A stretch of 64,000 nucleotides of DNA from Escherichia coli. GTDB lineage: Bacteria > Pseudomonadota > Gammaproteobacteria > Enterobacterales > Enterobacteriaceae. The position numbers were made by a program, and so were the translations under genes. Numbering within the stretch: the stretch's first letter is position 1; the number at the start of each line of letters is the position of its first letter. The stretch is from assembly GCF_024223415.1 (NCBI RefSeq), contig NZ_CP100502.1; one strand, given 5' to 3'. Positions 61,145-64,000 of this stretch are shown here, piece after piece. The notes under the pieces were generated by a model, which was not told the origin of the DNA, ran no database searches, and saw only the letters and a list, made by a program, of their open reading frames with translations.

Positions 61145-62353
61145 TCAGAATTCGTTGTCTGTAGCAGGTGTGCGGGGCAGGATGTCGTCGGTGAGGGACC
61201 AGTTGGTCAGGATGCGGCGTTTCCGGTCGCGATCTGGTTGTGGTTCATCCCAGATAAGACCGAGACTGAGCATATCCCGCCGTAAGCCTTCCACCGCTTC
61301 ATCAACACAGGGTTCAGGGCAGGGAAGACCAAAACGCATGGCTTCGGCCTCTGCACGTGCAACGGCCACCACGCCAGCGCCTTCAATAAATCCTTTCGTG
61401 GTATTGGCGCGGTGTAATGCATAAAACAGCGTCCTGTCCACGCCTTTCAGCCAAATCCAGTTGGGTGGCGTAAGCCGCAGGTCATGTGCATACAGCCAGA
61501 CCAGCCCACTGCGGACGTAGCGATGTTGTTTCAGCCATTGCTGTGCTCCGTTGCTTTTAATCACTCTCTGGAAAGCTGATTTGGCCAGTGAATAAACAGG
61601 GGTACAGAATTTCCCACTGTCCCGTTTGCTTTTAATTCTGCATGAGAGGTTCAGTGTATCCATGAGCTTTAATGCTGCCTTACGATCATCCAGGAAATAC
61701 TGAAGACCAAATATGGCAAAGAGCGCTTTTTCATGTGGTGCCATGTCTTTCCAGGACGTTAAAGGTTTACCCAACTGGGCCATGAAACATCGTCTTGCAG
61801 CTGCAACATCGAGCTGCATATTGGTGATGAGAGTATGCTGCTCGACAAATGCTTCCGGGGTGAGAGCAACCCGCCGTTCAGGTCGTTTGCCACCATGAAA
61901 GAGTTTTTCCGGATCACCATCTGCCAGTACAGGGGCGATAGCAGGGGACAACGAAGCAAAGATGTGTGGCAGTCGGGTAATATCTACTGGTCTGCGGGTG
62001 AAACGACTTTGTCCCGGATGTTGATACCACTCCCACAAACACCAGAGTGTCACAGGTAAGAGGTACATCCACAGAATACCTATGGTCTGCTCCATGACAT
62101 TAACCCACTGGCTATAGCTTATGTTGGCGGCGTTGTTACCGGTCATGGCAAGCAGGTTGTATCGTGGTGCTGCATAGTTATGAAATGGTCCCCAGTCAAC
62201 CAGTCCCCATAAGGTATGAAGAATCAGGCAGCTGGCGTAAACCACTTCCGGCAAGAATAACCATATAACGAATAGCAGCAGGATAAGAAGGACACCAACA
62301 GCGCCCCATATCTGCATAGGATCTTCTGCGACAGGCTGTCGATTGTAAGACAT
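61145..62353 (-). CDS. trbA: Conjugation protein TrbA
   Basis: 402-aa ORF with N-terminal membrane segment. Confidence 0.75.
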   Translation of the reverse strand: MSYNRQPVAEDPMQIWGAVGVLLILLLFVIWLFLPEVVYASCLILHTLWGLVDWGPFHNYAAPRYNLLAMTGNNAANISYSQWVNVMEQTIGILWMYLLPVTLWCLWEWYQHPGQSRFTRRPVDITRLPHIFASLSPAIAPVLADGDPEKLFHGGKRPERRVALTPEAFVEQHTLITNMQLDVAAARRCFMAQLGKPLTSWKDMAPHEKALFAIFGLQYFLDDRKAALKLMDTLNLSCRIKSKRDSGKFCTPVYSLAKSAFQRVIKSNGAQQWLKQHRYVRSGLVWLYAHDLRLTPPNWIWLKGVDRTLFYALHRANTTKGFIEGAGVVAVARAEAEAMRFGLPCPEPCVDEAVEGLRRDMLSLGLIWDEPQPDRDRKRRILTNWSLTDDILPRTPATDNEF

Positions 62354-62644
62354 GACAAAGTCTCCATTTCTGGAATTTAAATCAAACGGAAAGGTTAAAA
62401 ATTTATTTGCAGGCGATAAGAGCTAACCAGAGGAATTAGCCGTGCGATAAAAGGATTGTTGCAGATACGAAAGTCGTTAGAATAGCTGCGGGCGCTTGAG
62501 GCTGTATGCCGAAAGCGTTTTGTGGACGGTATACAGCAGAAAGCCCCTGGAGATTTTTTTATCAATCAACCAAGGGCTCTACTGTAATGCCTAGACAACA
62601 TTATAGTAGCCCGATAACCGCCGTAAGGCAATGGAGGGGCTATG

Positions 62645-62797
62645 ATGCCACAGCGAACGTTTTTAATGATGTTAATCGTCATCTGTGTGACGATTCTGTG
62701 TTTTGTCTGGATGGTGAGGGATTCGCTTTGCGGACTCCGGCTCCAGCAGGGAAACACAGTGCTTGTGGCAACGTTAGCCTACGAAGTTAAACGTTAA
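62645..62797 (+). CDS. pndA: Hok-family toxin PndA (type I toxin-antitoxin); overlapping pndC-like frame and antisense RNA expected upstream
   Basis: 50-aa MPQRTFLMMLIVICVTILCFVWMVRDSLCGLRLQQGNTVLVATLAYEVKR; below the size cutoff of the ORF track. Confidence 0.85.
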   Translation: MPQRTFLMMLIVICVTILCFVWMVRDSLCGLRLQQGNTVLVATLAYEVKR

Positions 62798-62868
62798 CGG
62801 GCAACACGGCGGCAGGTTTTCTGCCGCCGCTTTGTTGCGAAGGCTGACCTCATTGCGCCCTTTCTTCT

Positions 62869-63120
62869 TCAATGAAGCGTATCCGGTATTGTTTCATTTT
62901 CCCTGAAGCCGATTAGCTCCAGCCGAATGCCTTTGCCATCGGGGGCCACGTTCTGCATTTCGCAGATACCACGTCGGGTCATGAGTGTGAAGGCTGTCAT
63001 TGCCAGCATGGCTAACGCGTTTTCCTCGCTTCCGCTGCGTTTCTCGAGAGCATCGGCAATTTCTTCTATGCTCCCCACCTGAAAGCAAGAGTCGAATTCT
63101 TTACTCCACTTTTCTGACAT
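62869..63120 (-). CDS. Hypothetical small protein
   Basis: 83-aa ORF. Confidence 0.4.
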   Translation of the reverse strand: MSEKWSKEFDSCFQVGSIEEIADALEKRSGSEENALAMLAMTAFTLMTRRGICEMQNVAPDGKGIRLELIGFRENETIPDTLH

Positions 63121-63606
63121 CGGATTTTCTCTCTGTATTTATGGGTAGTTATCGAACTGAATGTGCCAGTTTTTTCAGGAGACGGCAAAGTTGAGATGAT
63201 TGGTTCTGATTCAGAGCATGAGTTTCCTCGGTGTGACGGGCATGTCGGGCGGATTTTGAGAAACAACAGATGTAAAAAAACCGACTGGTGAGGTCGGTTT
63301 TTTTACTGTTCCGTTACAGAGTGGGTGGCCCTGACCGGAGGAAATCTCTTTTCAACTAACGTTCTTATAATAGCGAGCTGTTCATTTGATAGCAACCATC
63401 CTTATAATCCGCAGGTTAGCTCTGTCTGGCGACACTTCTGCCGTGATATCCATCGGGACTATGGATGCAAGATTTTAAGTCCTGGCTGAACAAACAGGTG
63501 GTGCTGTGTTCAGTGCTCTGGCAGGAGGAAGTCTCTTTTCAACTAACACTGAAAGTGCCGTTGTGACAGGCAATGTAAGAGTAAGCAACGGTGATTTCCT
63601 CCAGTG

Positions 63607-63714
63607 ATGGAGAAGCGGATGATTAATCTGTTAATCATCGTTCTCAGGGCAGTAGTTGCCGTTGCAAACGCGCTGATTGCTGTTCTGGAACTGATCCGGG
63701 AACTTGTCGACTGA
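63607..63714 (+). CDS. Candidate small hydrophobic peptide
   Basis: MEKRMINLLIIVLRAVVAVANALIAVLELIRELVD; followed by a hairpin at about 63735-63762; not in ORF track (<60 aa). Confidence 0.3.
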   Translation: MEKRMINLLIIVLRAVVAVANALIAVLELIRELVD

Positions 63715-63778
63715 TAAGCCTGGAAACGTAACTAAGGGCAGGGAGTTACCGCTTCCTGCCCTTTAACAAAAAGAGATC

Positions 63779-63955
63779 TCACGTTAAAAATTTGTACCCT
63801 TCTTTAACTTCCAGTGCCTGCTCCTTTGACTCAAACATCAGTCTTGTTTTCCCGGGAACGCCCCATGAAATGTATTCAACATCTATCCACCATTTTCCAT
63901 ATTCTTTATATGGCCCGGATATTACTTTTTTGACAAAGGCGTCTACCAGATTCAT
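63779..63955 (-). CDS. Candidate small protein convergent with the hydrophobic peptide ORF
   Basis: 58-aa MNLVDAFVKKVISGPYKEYGKWWIDVEYISWGVPGKTRLMFESKEQALEVKEGYKFLT with SD AAGGA; not in ORF track. Confidence 0.3.
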   Translation of the reverse strand: MNLVDAFVKKVISGPYKEYGKWWIDVEYISWGVPGKTRLMFESKEQALEVKEGYKFLT

Positions 63956-64000
63956 TATTTTTTCCTTTTTGTGTTGAAAATAATTAATGCCAGAGCACAG

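Overview
This window reads as a segment of an I-complex (IncI1-like) conjugative resistance plasmid; all calls are from reading the sequence and recalling protein families, with no database search run. Left to right: the 3' end of a RepA/RepZ-family replication gene and a hairpin-rich region; a multidrug-resistance insertion in which an IS91-family transposase gene is split by an 11.3-kb element bounded by Tn2 inverted repeats with a 5-bp target duplication (GCATA), carrying Tn21-subgroup tnpA/tnpR/tnpM, a class 1 integron (intI1, weak Pc, dfrA1, truncated aadA1) and Tn2 with blaTEM-1, followed by sul2, truncated glmM and an ISCR2-like transposase; then backbone genes: YacAB-like toxin-antitoxin pair, DEDD exonuclease, FinO-domain protein, colicin Ib/Ia with immunity, two partition loci in tandem, impCAB, a leading region (methylase, klcA/ardB, ssb, ParB-like, psiB, psiA, ardA, Rpn-like nuclease) with five copies of two GC-rich repeat families, oriT-nikAB, trbABC and pndA. 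The most interesting candidates are a DUF4238-type single gene near the colicin locus (possible anti-phage defence), uncharacterised ORFs sitting behind the leading-region repeats (possible anti-defence genes), an Rpn-like gene followed by a free-standing copy of its own C-terminal domain, and several unassigned operons. No CRISPR array, rRNA or tRNA was seen.
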